Shown here: positions 38,781 to 49,321 of the stretch, one piece after another
How the letters are laid out: each line of letters starts with the position of its first letter
How positions within the stretch are numbered: the stretch's first letter is position 1
Assembly: GCA_048938855.1 (NCBI GenBank)
Contig: JBHLLT010000010.1
Coordinates: forward strand, 1-64,000
DNA: 64,000 nucleotides
DNA from: Promethearchaeota archaeon
GTDB taxonomy: Archaea > Asgardarchaeota > Lokiarchaeia > Sigyniarchaeales > SOKP01
Direction: 5' to 3'
Program-made: the position numbers and the translations under genes
Notes under the pieces: generated by a model
Database searches by the model: none
Seen by the model: only the letters and a program-made list of their open reading frames with translations
What the model was told of the DNA's origin: nothing

Positions 38781-40892
38781 TTAATTAATTTTTCTATAAT
38801 CAAACTCCCAAGTCTTTTTGACATAGAGTGAATCATTTATTGTATCATAGATAATTGCTCTTTCACTTAATCCCCCAATATCTTCAGCTTCTACTTCAAT
38901 TTGATGTTTATTTAATTGATCTTTAACAGCATCAATATTTTCTTGATATGTCATATCATAATCTAAAAATAATTTTGCTCCTCCAATAACTAATGCTCTA
39001 ATATTTGAATTTTTTCCTCCATGAAATATGATATTATTATACAAGTCTTTAACTCCTGTATCAATAAATGTATGAGGGAAAAGGAAGTGATAACCTTGTT
39101 TTGAAGCTGATGAAGAAGGTAACGACATATTGGATATAGCAAAAATGTTATTCACAGGATCCTTAAGTATTATACAAATTCCTGATCCTAAACCTTTTAT
39201 GACAAATTTTGTTGCAAGGTCATTTTTATCAAATGAATTGATTAATCCATAGTATCCCATGGGAATATTTAGTTCCCTTTTATCGTTTGGTTTATCTATA
39301 CGATCCATACGTTTTTCATCAAAAATATTGAAACTTTCTTCTGTTTCATTGCCATCTTTTGAAAATTCTTTCATTTGAACTTCATTTATCAAAAATTGTC
39401 GAGTATAATCTCCAGCTTTTATTATTCGGTGTTCAAATTGTTTTTCCTTTTGTTCTATTAATCTCTCTCTTTGATCTACTCGTTTTGTGAGCCGTTCTAA
39501 AATTTCTATGCGATCTTTAACTTCTTCTTCTTTCTCTTTAAGTTCTTTAATCAAATCATTTAATTTCTTTCTCTTTCTTTCAATTTTATTATATTTTTCA
39601 TCAATATATGTAATTCTCTCTTCGATTGCTTTTTCACGTTGCTCTAAAAGCAACTCACGTTGCCGTAACTTTTTGTCCCATTGTTTTAATGAAGATATTT
39701 TTGATTCGTTTTTATTATCATTCATTGATTCTTTTAATTGATTTTTATGATGTTTAAAACCATATCGATTTATTCCGTTATTAATGTCGATGCTAGTAAT
39801 CTTTACTTCTGTTTCTATATTCTCAAGTTTATTCAAATCATTGATATTTATTTCAGGTTTAGAAGTGTTTTTCTTAATTTTTATTTTAGTGTCATTTGAT
39901 ATACTATTAGATTTTGCTTTTATTTTTGGTTGATTATATTTACTATTAACAACTTCACTTATTCTACACATTGACTTTGTTTTAATTGGCTTAATAATCT
40001 CAATTTCAGAATATTTATAGTTTTTAAATAGATTAGAAATTTCATTTTTGAAATTAGCAGTGTGAGAAGAAAAGTTTTTTATATAAAAACGATCTCGCAT
40101 ATTAATTGACTTAAAATTAGTAATTTTAAGAGGAAGGGTCTCAGAGCCTCCTAATATTAGTAAACCTCCATCATAAAGCCGTGATTCTATCGTTTGTAAA
40201 AGTTTTTCTCTTGCAAATTGATTTATATAAATAAAAAAATTCCTGCAAAAGATAATATCATATTTTCCTTTTTTTTGATGTCCCTTTGTAATGTCTTCCT
40301 GAATAAATTCAACCTTACTTTTAATATCTTCTGAAAGATTAAACCTTGGACCAAAATCAGTGTCTTCTTTTGAAAAATAAGCTTTTAAATATATGTCTGG
40401 AGTTTCATGTACTGGATAATCTCCATAAACACCTTCTTTTGCAATTTTAAGAGCTGCTGGATCAATATCTGATGCTATTATTTCAAAGTCAGGGAAATTT
40501 TTATCAGCCTTCTTCAATCGGTCCAAGATCATTGCAATAGAATAGGGTTCATCTCCAGTAGCACATGGTGCTGACCATATTCGAATAATCCTATTTGAGT
40601 ATTTAACATAGGATTTGATAAAATTCTCAAAATTTTTGAAAGCCTTATAATTTCTGAAGAAGTAAGTATAGTTAATAGTGAATTTATCCAAAAAAAGGTC
40701 AATTTCAATAGGATTTTCACGAATATATTTTATATAATCTTGATAGTAATTTAGATTTAAGTTTTTCATCCTAAAATCGATACGTTTTTCAAGAAATTTT
40801 CTCTGATAATGTTCAAATTTCATTCCTGTTACAGTTCTTAACTCCTCTATAAGAGCATCTATGGATGAAGGATTAATTGATGATACGGAAAT
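38781..40892 (-). CDS. CheR methyltransferase - coiled coil - CheD-like fusion protein; putative ATT start at 40892 (first ATG 40823)
   Basis: CheR: TINYTYFFRN, RIWSAPCATGDEPYS, ASDID, DIIFCRN, LGGSE. CheD-like: GLGSGICI..KD, MSLP, FIDTG, IGGAKLF, EDIGG..ER. The in-frame upstream LIEELRTVTG completes the CheR N-terminal helix. Confidence 0.85.
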   Translation of the reverse strand: MSVSSINPSSIDALIEELRTVTGMKFEHYQRKFLEKRIDFRMKNLNLNYYQDYIKYIRENPIEIDLFLDKFTINYTYFFRNYKAFKNFENFIKSYVKYSNRIIRIWSAPCATGDEPYSIAMILDRLKKADKNFPDFEIIASDIDPAALKIAKEGVYGDYPVHETPDIYLKAYFSKEDTDFGPRFNLSEDIKSKVEFIQEDITKGHQKKGKYDIIFCRNFFIYINQFAREKLLQTIESRLYDGGLLILGGSETLPLKITNFKSINMRDRFYIKNFSSHTANFKNEISNLFKNYKYSEIEIIKPIKTKSMCRISEVVNSKYNQPKIKAKSNSISNDTKIKIKKNTSKPEININDLNKLENIETEVKITSIDINNGINRYGFKHHKNQLKESMNDNKNESKISSLKQWDKKLRQRELLLEQREKAIEERITYIDEKYNKIERKRKKLNDLIKELKEKEEEVKDRIEILERLTKRVDQRERLIEQKEKQFEHRIIKAGDYTRQFLINEVQMKEFSKDGNETEESFNIFDEKRMDRIDKPNDKRELNIPMGYYGLINSFDKNDLATKFVIKGLGSGICIILKDPVNNIFAISNMSLPSSSASKQGYHFLFPHTFIDTGVKDLYNNIIFHGGKNSNIRALVIGGAKLFLDYDMTYQENIDAVKDQLNKHQIEVEAEDIGGLSERAIIYDTINDSLYVKKTWEFDYRKIN

Positions 40893-41074
40893 TTTTTACA
40901 CCAAAACGCCTGCTATTAAGATTTTTTACTCTATTACCATAAAAATGTAATATTATTAATATTTTAGGGAAGAGAAATTTGTGATTGAGGGCGTAACAAA
41001 ACAGAACAACAGATTTTGTGGTAAAAAAATTTTAAGTATTAATTTTTTGAATCGTTGTAATAAAATCATAAAGA

Positions 41075-41824
41075 TTAATTTAGAGAGATGAAACCTAGTT
41101 TAATGAGATTTTTACATATATTATATACTTGATTTTGTTGTATATTTAGACTACCGGATATTTGAGTTATCGATTTTCTTCCATCTATTTGATCATAAAC
41201 CTTAAATGAATTTTCTCCTGTTAAATAATATCTCGGATTTATTTTTTTAGCAGTAGTGAAAATGGGTACATAATTATAATATTCAGGAGTTATTTCTACT
41301 GACTCCGATTCAATTAGTTTTTTTTGAATTTCAACTGGTTCGCGTTCAAAACTTCTTATCCAATCAACAACTTGATCATTATATTGAGCTTGCTCGTATT
41401 TTTGCTCCTCTTCAATAATACGTTCAATAACAGCATGGAATGATTCAAAACTGTTTAATCTTCCATTCCACTTTAAAATTTGATCGATCTCAAATTCTTT
41501 TAAAAATAAATCAGAAATTTTTTTTAAAATCTCTTGCACATCATTATGATTAGATTTTTTATCATATGTAGCAAGATAAATTAAATCAGGAATGATCTTG
41601 TCTTTTAAAAAAGAAAGCTTTAAATTATTATTCGAAAGTTTTAATTCACTTATTGTTCCTAAATCCTCAAATGAATCAGAAAATGAATTTAATGCTGAAA
41701 AAAACCCCGATACCATTATTAAATCATCTATTTCTGAAAATACATTTTTAATATTAGTTGAATTACACAAACTCTTAGATAATAGTGGTAATCCATCTTT
41801 TATAATCAGTACGTCGCAAATCAT
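41075..41824 (-). CDS. Longin-like domain protein with C-terminal winged helix
   Basis: VLIIKDGLPLL...MVSGFFSALNSFS...ISELKL; C-terminal IDGRKSITQIS...VYNICKNLIKLGFI. Confidence 0.7.
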   Translation of the reverse strand: MICDVLIIKDGLPLLSKSLCNSTNIKNVFSEIDDLIMVSGFFSALNSFSDSFEDLGTISELKLSNNNLKLSFLKDKIIPDLIYLATYDKKSNHNDVQEILKKISDLFLKEFEIDQILKWNGRLNSFESFHAVIERIIEEEQKYEQAQYNDQVVDWIRSFEREPVEIQKKLIESESVEITPEYYNYVPIFTTAKKINPRYYLTGENSFKVYDQIDGRKSITQISGSLNIQQNQVYNICKNLIKLGFISLN

Positions 41825-42045
41825 TAAACTCAGAAAAAAATCTCTTTTCTTTTTATAAAACTATTGCTGCCTTTCTTCGATTAATATATTTATGAAAATG
41901 AAAAAAAAAAAGAATTATAATACTTCAGTGATATCAGAATAATATAATTAGTCGTATAATAACAAGTTTTTAGGAGTACATTCTTGAATTTTCTTATCTT
42001 GTGAAAAACAATATGTTTAGAATTAAAATATGGAGCTGATATGTA

Positions 42046-42801
42046 TTGAAAGCGGTAATACTATGTGCTGGTTATGGAAAACGTCTAAAACCGTACACAG
42101 ATACATTTCAAAAATCTATGCTCCCTATTAATAACAAACCTCTTTTAGAATATGTTTTAAATGGTCTAATCTATGCAGGTTTTAAAGATTTCATTTTCGT
42201 TGTAGGTTATAAAAAAGAACAAATTTTGAATTATTTTAAAAATGGAGAGAATTGGAATATAAACATACAATACGTTGAACAAAAAAAGCTAAACGGTACC
42301 GGAGGAGCTTTATTAAAATGTCAAAGTGTTATAAATAATTCACACTTTTTCTTGACTTGGGGAGATATATTAGTACCTTATTCTGTGTATAAAGAAATAT
42401 TAGAAAAATTCAATCAAGAACATTATAATTTTATTTTAATATCTAACTATACAGATGATCCGTTTAAAGGAGCAGCTGTTTATATTAAACATGATTACTG
42501 CATAGATATTATTGAAAAGCCATCCCAAAGTGAATCTAAGTCAAAATTTAATAATACTGGAATTTTTATATTATCAAAAGAGATTTTTGAAATATTAAGT
42601 ACTCTCAAACCATCTAAACGTGGTGAAATTGAATTTACTGATGCATTAAGGATTGGAATTAAATCAAGAAAGTGGAAAGTCCGAGTCCTAAAAATGAAAA
42701 AAAATCAATTTCGAGGAGATTTTGGAGATAGAGACACTTATGAGAATTTAAAAGAAGAATCAACTTGGTTGAAAGAAATAATTAATGACAAAAAAGATTG
42801 A
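42046..42801 (+). CDS. Sugar-phosphate nucleotidyltransferase
   Basis: AVILCAGYGKRLKPYT, LNGTGGA, WGD, IIEKP, SKRGEIEFTDA. Confidence 0.9.
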   Translation: MKAVILCAGYGKRLKPYTDTFQKSMLPINNKPLLEYVLNGLIYAGFKDFIFVVGYKKEQILNYFKNGENWNINIQYVEQKKLNGTGGALLKCQSVINNSHFFLTWGDILVPYSVYKEILEKFNQEHYNFILISNYTDDPFKGAAVYIKHDYCIDIIEKPSQSESKSKFNNTGIFILSKEIFEILSTLKPSKRGEIEFTDALRIGIKSRKWKVRVLKMKKNQFRGDFGDRDTYENLKEESTWLKEIINDKKD

Positions 42802-42941
42802 GAAATTTCAAACTTCTGTTCGAAATCTATGCTATCCAAAGCTCAAAAAAATACACCTTTTTATATTGGATCTTAGAAGTAATAATGAAAAAAGAAATCT
42901 ATTCTGATTAGAATTAAAGAAAATATAAAGGGATTCCAAGA

Positions 42942-43457
42942 GTGAACCAAATTCTTGAGCGAAAACGAGTTATTATTTTCATTGATCATGCTAACTTATT
43001 CCATAATATCGAAAAATTAAACATTCGGATTAACTATTTGAAGTTGAGAGATATTTTTAAAGGGAATCATCATTTAGTCGGTCTCTTTATGTATATGGGA
43101 ATCCCAGATAAGATTTTACCTAAAAAACTTAATTTTTTGAAATATTTGCAAGCGCAAGGATTTGTTATTCAACCAAAACCGGTTATAATTTCCCCGAATG
43201 GTGTTAAAAAACAGAAAGGAGTTGATATCTTTATTTATAAAGATATTGTAGAATTAGCCGAAGATGATACATATGACAAAGCAATTTTAGTCAGTGGAGA
43301 CTCAGATTTTTTAGATATAGTCCGAAAATTAAAAGAACTAAAAAAGGAAATTGAAATTTGGAGTTTTAAGAAATCAATCTCTCGATTATTAATAGAAGAA
43401 GCTGGTAAAAAAAATGTGTACTTTATTGATGATATCATAGACAAAATAAAATATTAA
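42942..43457 (+). CDS. NYN (LabA/DUF88, PIN-like) domain protein
   Basis: FIDHANL, QKGVD, LVSGDSDF. Confidence 0.9.
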   Translation: MNQILERKRVIIFIDHANLFHNIEKLNIRINYLKLRDIFKGNHHLVGLFMYMGIPDKILPKKLNFLKYLQAQGFVIQPKPVIISPNGVKKQKGVDIFIYKDIVELAEDDTYDKAILVSGDSDFLDIVRKLKELKKEIEIWSFKKSISRLLIEEAGKKNVYFIDDIIDKIKY

Positions 43458-43514
43458 GAAAAAAAGGTAGTAGTTTAAAAAGAATGCTAAAGAATAAAAG
43501 TTGTTTTTCTAAAC

Positions 43515-43627
43515 AAACTTCTCCTTTATGAGAGAATGTGAGAAGAATTTCTAATTAAATCATTCGCTAATCTCTTTTCCCTTCGAAAAAAATCTTCTCA
43601 AAAGTTCTCTCTTTTTAGAGGAAGTTT
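43515..43627. repeat. Imperfect ~110-bp inverted repeat
   Basis: aaacttc/gaagttt (43515/43621), gagagaa/ttctctc (43530/43605), tgagaaga/tcttctca (43539/43593). Confidence 0.55.
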
Positions 43628-43737
43628 TTATTTTTCTCTCTTCAAAAATTGGACTATTTAAAAAATAATAACAAAGAATTTTTATTTCTAAATATAATAA
43701 ATTCTATTATCAAAATTTTAAAATTAATGGAAAAAAA

Positions 43738-44307
43738 ATGAGTGAAAACGATAAATATAGGCACCGCTATTATTATAAGGAGTCATATGAAGCGGCTATC
43801 GGAACGTTAGCTACAGGATGTGTTTTTCTTTTTGTTGCAATTGTATCACTTGTTCTTAGAGCTATCCCTATAGACTTTATTGGACTTTCTGCATGGGGAT
43901 ATTGGCTTTTTATACCCGCATTTTTCATTTTTATAGGAGGATTTAACCAGCTTTACAGGAATGCAAAATATAAAAGAATTGTGAAGAATGCTCTTATCCA
44001 AAGAAATTTTCAAGGCACATACAAGCTAGAACATATTGCATTGGAAATTGGCATGAAACCAAGTATCCTACTACGTGTACTATTAGATCTAAGAAATCAG
44101 GGAGTAGTGAAATATAGTTTTGATCCTGAAACAGGACAAATTATCTTAGGCCAGCCAATCACATATACCCAAGCATCTGAATATGTTCCACCTCCTAAAA
44201 AAATTGAGGAGCCTTTAGAAACTGAAGGAAAAAATTATTGTGTTTATTGTGGTCATAAATTAGAGTCAACTGGAAATTTTTGTCCAAATTGTGGGTCTAA
44301 ACTGTAA
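43738..44307 (+). CDS. Membrane protein with winged-helix-like region and C-terminal Zn ribbon
   Basis: Two TM helices, LEHIALEIGM...LLDLRNQG, and CVYCG...FCPNCG. Confidence 0.75.
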   Translation: MSENDKYRHRYYYKESYEAAIGTLATGCVFLFVAIVSLVLRAIPIDFIGLSAWGYWLFIPAFFIFIGGFNQLYRNAKYKRIVKNALIQRNFQGTYKLEHIALEIGMKPSILLRVLLDLRNQGVVKYSFDPETGQIILGQPITYTQASEYVPPPKKIEEPLETEGKNYCVYCGHKLESTGNFCPNCGSKL

Positions 44308-44506
44308 TTATTTGTTTAGGTTAACTATAATTTTCTTTTTTTTTTTAAATTACTCCTTGTTAAAAATAAAATCGGCATTAATCTTGTTATTTATTCTCTC
44401 TCTCTAGCAAATATATTTGGAAATATTTATCAATTCAAAAGCAGATAATCTCAATGAAAGTTATCATCACATTAAAAAAGAAATAAAAATAAAATTATAT
44501 TTAAAT

Positions 44507-45931
44507 TTAGGATACCAGTTTTGCCTTTTTCTCAGAGTGTAGTTTCTTAGCATCTTCAGTTAATTGAGTATATCTTTCTTTATTGATTGGGAAATAACTC
44601 ATTGCTATTATTCCAATAATTAAAAATATTATTGGAAATATAACCATGAGACTTCGAAGACCAAATTCTACCCCATATGTTGCTGTGCTAAGATCGAAGA
44701 TATTCCAATCAGTACCAATGAATACTAGTCCTATTGAGAGAAATACAACTACATTGGAAAATTTTACAATGAAACCGTTTATTCCATAAAAATTACCCTC
44801 TCTTCTTGCTCCCGTTTTTAATTCATCCTCATCAATAATAGCCGCAATTGTAATGTCTCTTACAATTAATACTCCAGCTAACCCTATTCCTAATAAGAAG
44901 AAGAATATAAAACCTAAGAGTACTCCTCTAATAAACATGAGAGGTATAAGTGTTGCTATAAACACTATTAAAGATAATAGATAAGATCCTTTAGCACCAA
45001 GTTTATTTACTAATATACGCCATGGAAATACAAATATAGCAGCCGAAACAAAACCAGTACCAAGTATTAAAGATAATATTAAAGCATCTTGAACACCTAA
45101 ACAAATAGCTCCATAAATTGGCATTAGAGTAGGTATCATATTAAATGCATACCATAATGCAAAATTCCCACAAACATATAGTCTGAACGACTTATATCCA
45201 AAAGTATATTTTAATGATTGTTTAAATGATGGAACTCTTTCATAATCTTTAGAAAACTCAATTCTTTCTTTTAGTCCAAATTTAATAAAAATAAACCCCC
45301 CTATTGCGCAAATCACTGAAATTGCCACTGCAGCGAATATATACTGTAAATGTGTAGTTCCAATAGGTACACCTTCACTGGTGTAATTATCAATGAACAA
45401 TCCAGGCAATAAAAAAGCAATCAATAATGCTATCACTTGAAAAAATTGGATTGAATTATTAGCTTTTGACCTTTGATCCAAATCACGAAACATCTCTGGA
45501 AATAAACTAGTTTGGTTTAATGAATACATTGTATAGAAAAGCTCCCAAATTACAATTATTATTAAGAAGTATATAAAAGATACAATATCAGATCCTCTAG
45601 GTGCAGTAAATAGTAGTATATTTATAACTAATAGGGGAATTATACCCATTATGATGAATGGTTTTCTACGACCCATTTTAAAGTGTGATCTATCAGAAAT
45701 AGCACCGAGCATGGGATCATTAAAAGCATTCCATATTGACCATATTATGAAACCAAGAGATATGAATACTGCTGGCAATTCTATTATAGAATAATAGAAT
45801 GTAAATATCAGGAAAGTAAAAAATTGTAAAATTATTACATCTGTAAAGCCAGCAAAACTATAAAAAACAGCTTTTTTTAAGGTATATTCTTCTTCCACCT
45901 TGTTTTGTTTTTGAGACATAATTTTTTCCAA
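44507..45931 (-). CDS. MFS glycoside-pentoside-hexuronide (MelB-like) transporter
   Basis: WNAFNDPMLGAISDR...GRRKPF, LFPEM, IIDEDELKTGARREG. Confidence 0.92.
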   Translation of the reverse strand: MEKIMSQKQNKVEEEYTLKKAVFYSFAGFTDVIILQFFTFLIFTFYYSIIELPAVFISLGFIIWSIWNAFNDPMLGAISDRSHFKMGRRKPFIIMGIIPLLVINILLFTAPRGSDIVSFIYFLIIIVIWELFYTMYSLNQTSLFPEMFRDLDQRSKANNSIQFFQVIALLIAFLLPGLFIDNYTSEGVPIGTTHLQYIFAAVAISVICAIGGFIFIKFGLKERIEFSKDYERVPSFKQSLKYTFGYKSFRLYVCGNFALWYAFNMIPTLMPIYGAICLGVQDALILSLILGTGFVSAAIFVFPWRILVNKLGAKGSYLLSLIVFIATLIPLMFIRGVLLGFIFFFLLGIGLAGVLIVRDITIAAIIDEDELKTGARREGNFYGINGFIVKFSNVVVFLSIGLVFIGTDWNIFDLSTATYGVEFGLRSLMVIFPIIFLIIGIIAMSYFPINKERYTQLTEDAKKLHSEKKAKLVS

Positions 45932-46153
45932 TCTGTTTATAATTTTTAGAAAGATGAATGCAAATAATTAATATTATTTTGTTCTTATCATTTATAAAAA
46001 TTCAATCTACTGAATATTTTATTATAAATTTTCAATAATATACTGGGCTACAACCAGCTATTCATATTTCCACTAAATTCAGAGAGGCTTTTTTTTTAAA
46101 TACCATATCGGTTTTAAATATATCAAATTGAATTTTCTCTGAGATGAAATATA

Positions 46154-46621
46154 ATTTCTAAAGGCTTTATCAATAAAGATTCCATTGATATATCTATTGA
46201 AAATACTTCTACACAGGCTGATCCTAATAACTTCAACCCTAATGAAATTCAACAATTTGAAAAAAATAAAATATCTAAATTACTCTCAGAGTTATTTAAC
46301 GAAGTAAAGTCCAAAGAGGATTTAAACTACATATCAAATATTTTGGCAAATATTCTTAACGAGAATAATATAAAATGTCAAAGTGAGACTGAGAAAAACA
46401 GATCCCCTTTTAATATAATTAGTATTGATGAATTCAAAAAGACAAAATCTATTATCTCAAGCGCAGAAAACGAATACCTTTCCATTTTGAATGATCTTCA
46501 TGCAATTTTATTAAACTGCTCTGAATTTTCAAATTCCCAAAAACTAGATTTTTGTACAAACCAACGGTATTTTATGAAAAAATATTTGAAAGAAATCTTA
46601 TTTAAGCTGAAATTGGTTTAA
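46154..46621 (+). CDS. Hypothetical protein; ORF-track frame is open 63 codons further upstream, to a putative ATT start
   Basis: No in-frame stop between TGA at 46145-46147 and TTG at 46343. ATT-TCT at 46154. Confidence 0.45.
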   Translation: MSKGFINKDSIDISIENTSTQADPNNFNPNEIQQFEKNKISKLLSELFNEVKSKEDLNYISNILANILNENNIKCQSETEKNRSPFNIISIDEFKKTKSIISSAENEYLSILNDLHAILLNCSEFSNSQKLDFCTNQRYFMKKYLKEILFKLKLV

Positions 46622-46671
46622 TTCTTGAGATTCTAATTACAGAAAAAAGGAAAAAGAAAAATTAAAATTTA

Positions 46672-47379
46672 TTAAGTCTTTAAACCTAGATACATCCAGA
46701 TGGCAAATGTAGCCATAAGAACTCTAACCACACCAATAGCGAGAGGGATAATGAGAATTGAGTCTAATGCCCCACATACTACGAAAATTATAAAACCAAT
46801 TGATAGAAATGTAAACTTTTTCCTCAAAGTACCTGTTGCTTGTTTTGCTTTTATTGCCATTCCTATTCCTAAAAAAACTAACGCTGATACTAAAAATACG
46901 GCTACTAAAATAAAGGTTGGATGAGCTCTATTAAAATCTGCATCGATAATACCATTAGGGAACCTAAGTCCTATAAATTCAAATGATTGAAGAGGTTGAG
47001 TCCATAGAAAATATTCAAATATAACCCCTAAGACTACAAATATTCCTACAAGTATCCATTTTCTTTTAGGCATTATTAGTTCACCCCCTAAATACATAGC
47101 AAAAAACAGAGCTGGTGCAACCCAAGTATAACTTAAAAATACATAAATAACTGGTGGAGTGCCTGGGAGATTAGTATCCGTAATCAATTTCAAGAAAAAG
47201 TCAACAGTTGGGCCCAACCATAAAAAACCTACGAAAATCATAACCAAACCTGCTATCGAAAGCAGTTTTGCCTTCAATTTTATCGATTTAAAGAGAGAAA
47301 GGAAGCCGAATATTACTGACGAAGAAACTATAAGTGAAGCAGTTATTCCATCTAATAAGCCTTCAAAACCAATTGCCAT
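46672..47379 (-). CDS. Hypothetical 7-TM membrane protein
   Basis: 235-aa ORF with about seven hydrophobic segments. Confidence 0.7.
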   Translation of the reverse strand: MAIGFEGLLDGITASLIVSSSVIFGFLSLFKSIKLKAKLLSIAGLVMIFVGFLWLGPTVDFFLKLITDTNLPGTPPVIYVFLSYTWVAPALFFAMYLGGELIMPKRKWILVGIFVVLGVIFEYFLWTQPLQSFEFIGLRFPNGIIDADFNRAHPTFILVAVFLVSALVFLGIGMAIKAKQATGTLRKKFTFLSIGFIIFVVCGALDSILIIPLAIGVVRVLMATFAIWMYLGLKT

Positions 47380-47517
47380 TCTTATTCACATTTTTATACA
47401 ATTTTAAAATTATATATTTATTTATTTTATTTTTATTTATAATTATATTTTTTTTGATAATAAAAAAATGTAATATTGTTGATTAAAAGATATATTTTTT
47501 CCACAATCTTGACTTTT

Positions 47518-48075
47518 TTATGCAAGTTTCTTATAGAAAAAGGATTTTAATTTCTTTTCACCAATCTCATGCTCTAATCTATATTCAATCTTCAATAAAG
47601 AATCGAATCCTTCTAGTGGATATTTATGCGATATGAAAATCGTTCCAATTTTTGCGGTACTAAATACATGTTTAAGATATTTCTGCATTGAAGGTAACAG
47701 ATAGATGTAAATATAGTCATATTTCTTTAAATTTAGTAAATAAAAATCTCCTAATTTTAATTTAATATTTCTAAATAACCTTTTACTATAGGTTCCTTCT
47801 TTTTTTAACGATCTTATTCTACTATTTGCCTCATTGATTAATTTATGATTAATTTCAATTCCATAAGATTTGATCCGATGATTTAAAGCAGTAAAAATTA
47901 TAACAGAGCCATTTCCTGCTCCTAAATCAATCAACTTTTGTTTTGAGTTATTCACCAGTCCAAATTTATGTTTTAAAGTCCAGATAATTTCATCTATATA
48001 TTTATAATCTGTTTCTAAAAAAGGTAAATCTAATTGCGAATGAAATTTCTCAAAATTCATTTGTTTCTTCTTCAA
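47518..48075 (-). CDS. Class I SAM-dependent methyltransferase (FAM173/DOT1-like protein lysine MTase family)
   Basis: LPFLET, LIDLGAGNG, GIEIN, GDF, YIYLLP, ISHKYPL. Confidence 0.75.
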   Translation of the reverse strand: MKKKQMNFEKFHSQLDLPFLETDYKYIDEIIWTLKHKFGLVNNSKQKLIDLGAGNGSVIIFTALNHRIKSYGIEINHKLINEANSRIRSLKKEGTYSKRLFRNIKLKLGDFYLLNLKKYDYIYIYLLPSMQKYLKHVFSTAKIGTIFISHKYPLEGFDSLLKIEYRLEHEIGEKKLKSFFYKKLA

Positions 48076-48301
48076 TTTACACTCATTGGTTTTTTAGATA
48101 AAATCTTGGGAGATCTAAAATATTATAATTGAAATTGTTTAATAAATAGCTTTTTTATTTATAAAAAAAAGACGTTATATTAATTCCGAGTTTTCCTAAT
48201 ATTAAAAGGTGTAAAAACTAAATAGTTCCAAGGTCTGACTTTAATACAATGTAACCTTTTAATATTTTAAAATTTCTTTTTATTATATTAGCATTCTAGT
48301 C

Positions 48302-49306
48302 ATGGCAAATATATTAATAACTGGGGGTACTGGTTTTATTGGAGTTCCTTTAGTAAAAAATCTCTATAATTTAGGACATAACCTAAAGTTATTAATTAGA
48401 AAGACAAGCAATACAGAGGCCTTTCAAGATTTGAATAACATTGAATATGTTATCGGTGATATTCGAGATCTTGATAGTTTAAGTCAAATCGCAAATAAAA
48501 TTGATATAATTTATCATTTAGCAGCAAACACCCAAATTTGGTCAAAAGATAAATCAATATATGAAGAAATAAATATTAGTGGTTCTGAAAACATCGCTAA
48601 AGTAGCATTAGAAAAAAATATCCTCTTAATTTTTATTAGTTCATTCTTTGCTATTGGTCCGTATAATTGTGGCGAAGAACCTCCTAATTTTGAAACACAT
48701 GAGAGAGACTTAGATTATTTTATGGATTATGAAAAATCTAAATGTGATAGCACCAAATTAATTCAAGACTATAAAGAAAAGGGATTAAAATGCATTATTT
48801 TCTATCCAGGTTTTGTATATGGACCAGGAGATCTTAATTTTTATGGAAAATTAACAATAGACCTTATTTTAGGAAAACTTCTTGGAGTTCCTAAAACTTC
48901 TGTTTCCAACTTTAGTATGGCTTACCTTTATGACATTGTAGAGCCTATGATAAATGTGATTGGTAGAAATGAATTAATAGGGAATGAATATTTTTTAGGT
49001 GGTGAAACAGTCTCAACAATCGATTACTTTGACTCAGTAGCCAAAATTGCTGGAGTGAAAAAGCCAAGAAAATTCCCCTTATCGATTGCTTTGTTGTATG
49101 GAAGATTGTGTGAACTTAGAGCTAAGATTTCAAAAAATAGAACTCCTTATATTACATGCGCCTTGATGAAAATGGCGACATACGATTGGGCATATTCATC
49201 TCAAAAAGCTATTGAAGATCTAGGATATGCAATAACTCCTTTTAAAGAGGGTTTAGAAAAAACAGTTGAATGGTATATGGATTATATAGAGAAAGGAACA
49301 AAATAA
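48302..49306 (+). CDS. NAD-dependent epimerase/dehydratase (extended SDR, HpnA/DFR-like)
   Basis: TGGTGFIG, YHLAA, YEKSK, VYGPGD, SSQKAIEDLGY. Confidence 0.9.
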   Translation: MANILITGGTGFIGVPLVKNLYNLGHNLKLLIRKTSNTEAFQDLNNIEYVIGDIRDLDSLSQIANKIDIIYHLAANTQIWSKDKSIYEEINISGSENIAKVALEKNILLIFISSFFAIGPYNCGEEPPNFETHERDLDYFMDYEKSKCDSTKLIQDYKEKGLKCIIFYPGFVYGPGDLNFYGKLTIDLILGKLLGVPKTSVSNFSMAYLYDIVEPMINVIGRNELIGNEYFLGGETVSTIDYFDSVAKIAGVKKPRKFPLSIALLYGRLCELRAKISKNRTPYITCALMKMATYDWAYSSQKAIEDLGYAITPFKEGLEKTVEWYMDYIEKGTK

Positions 49307-49321
49307 AGAGTAGGATAAAAA

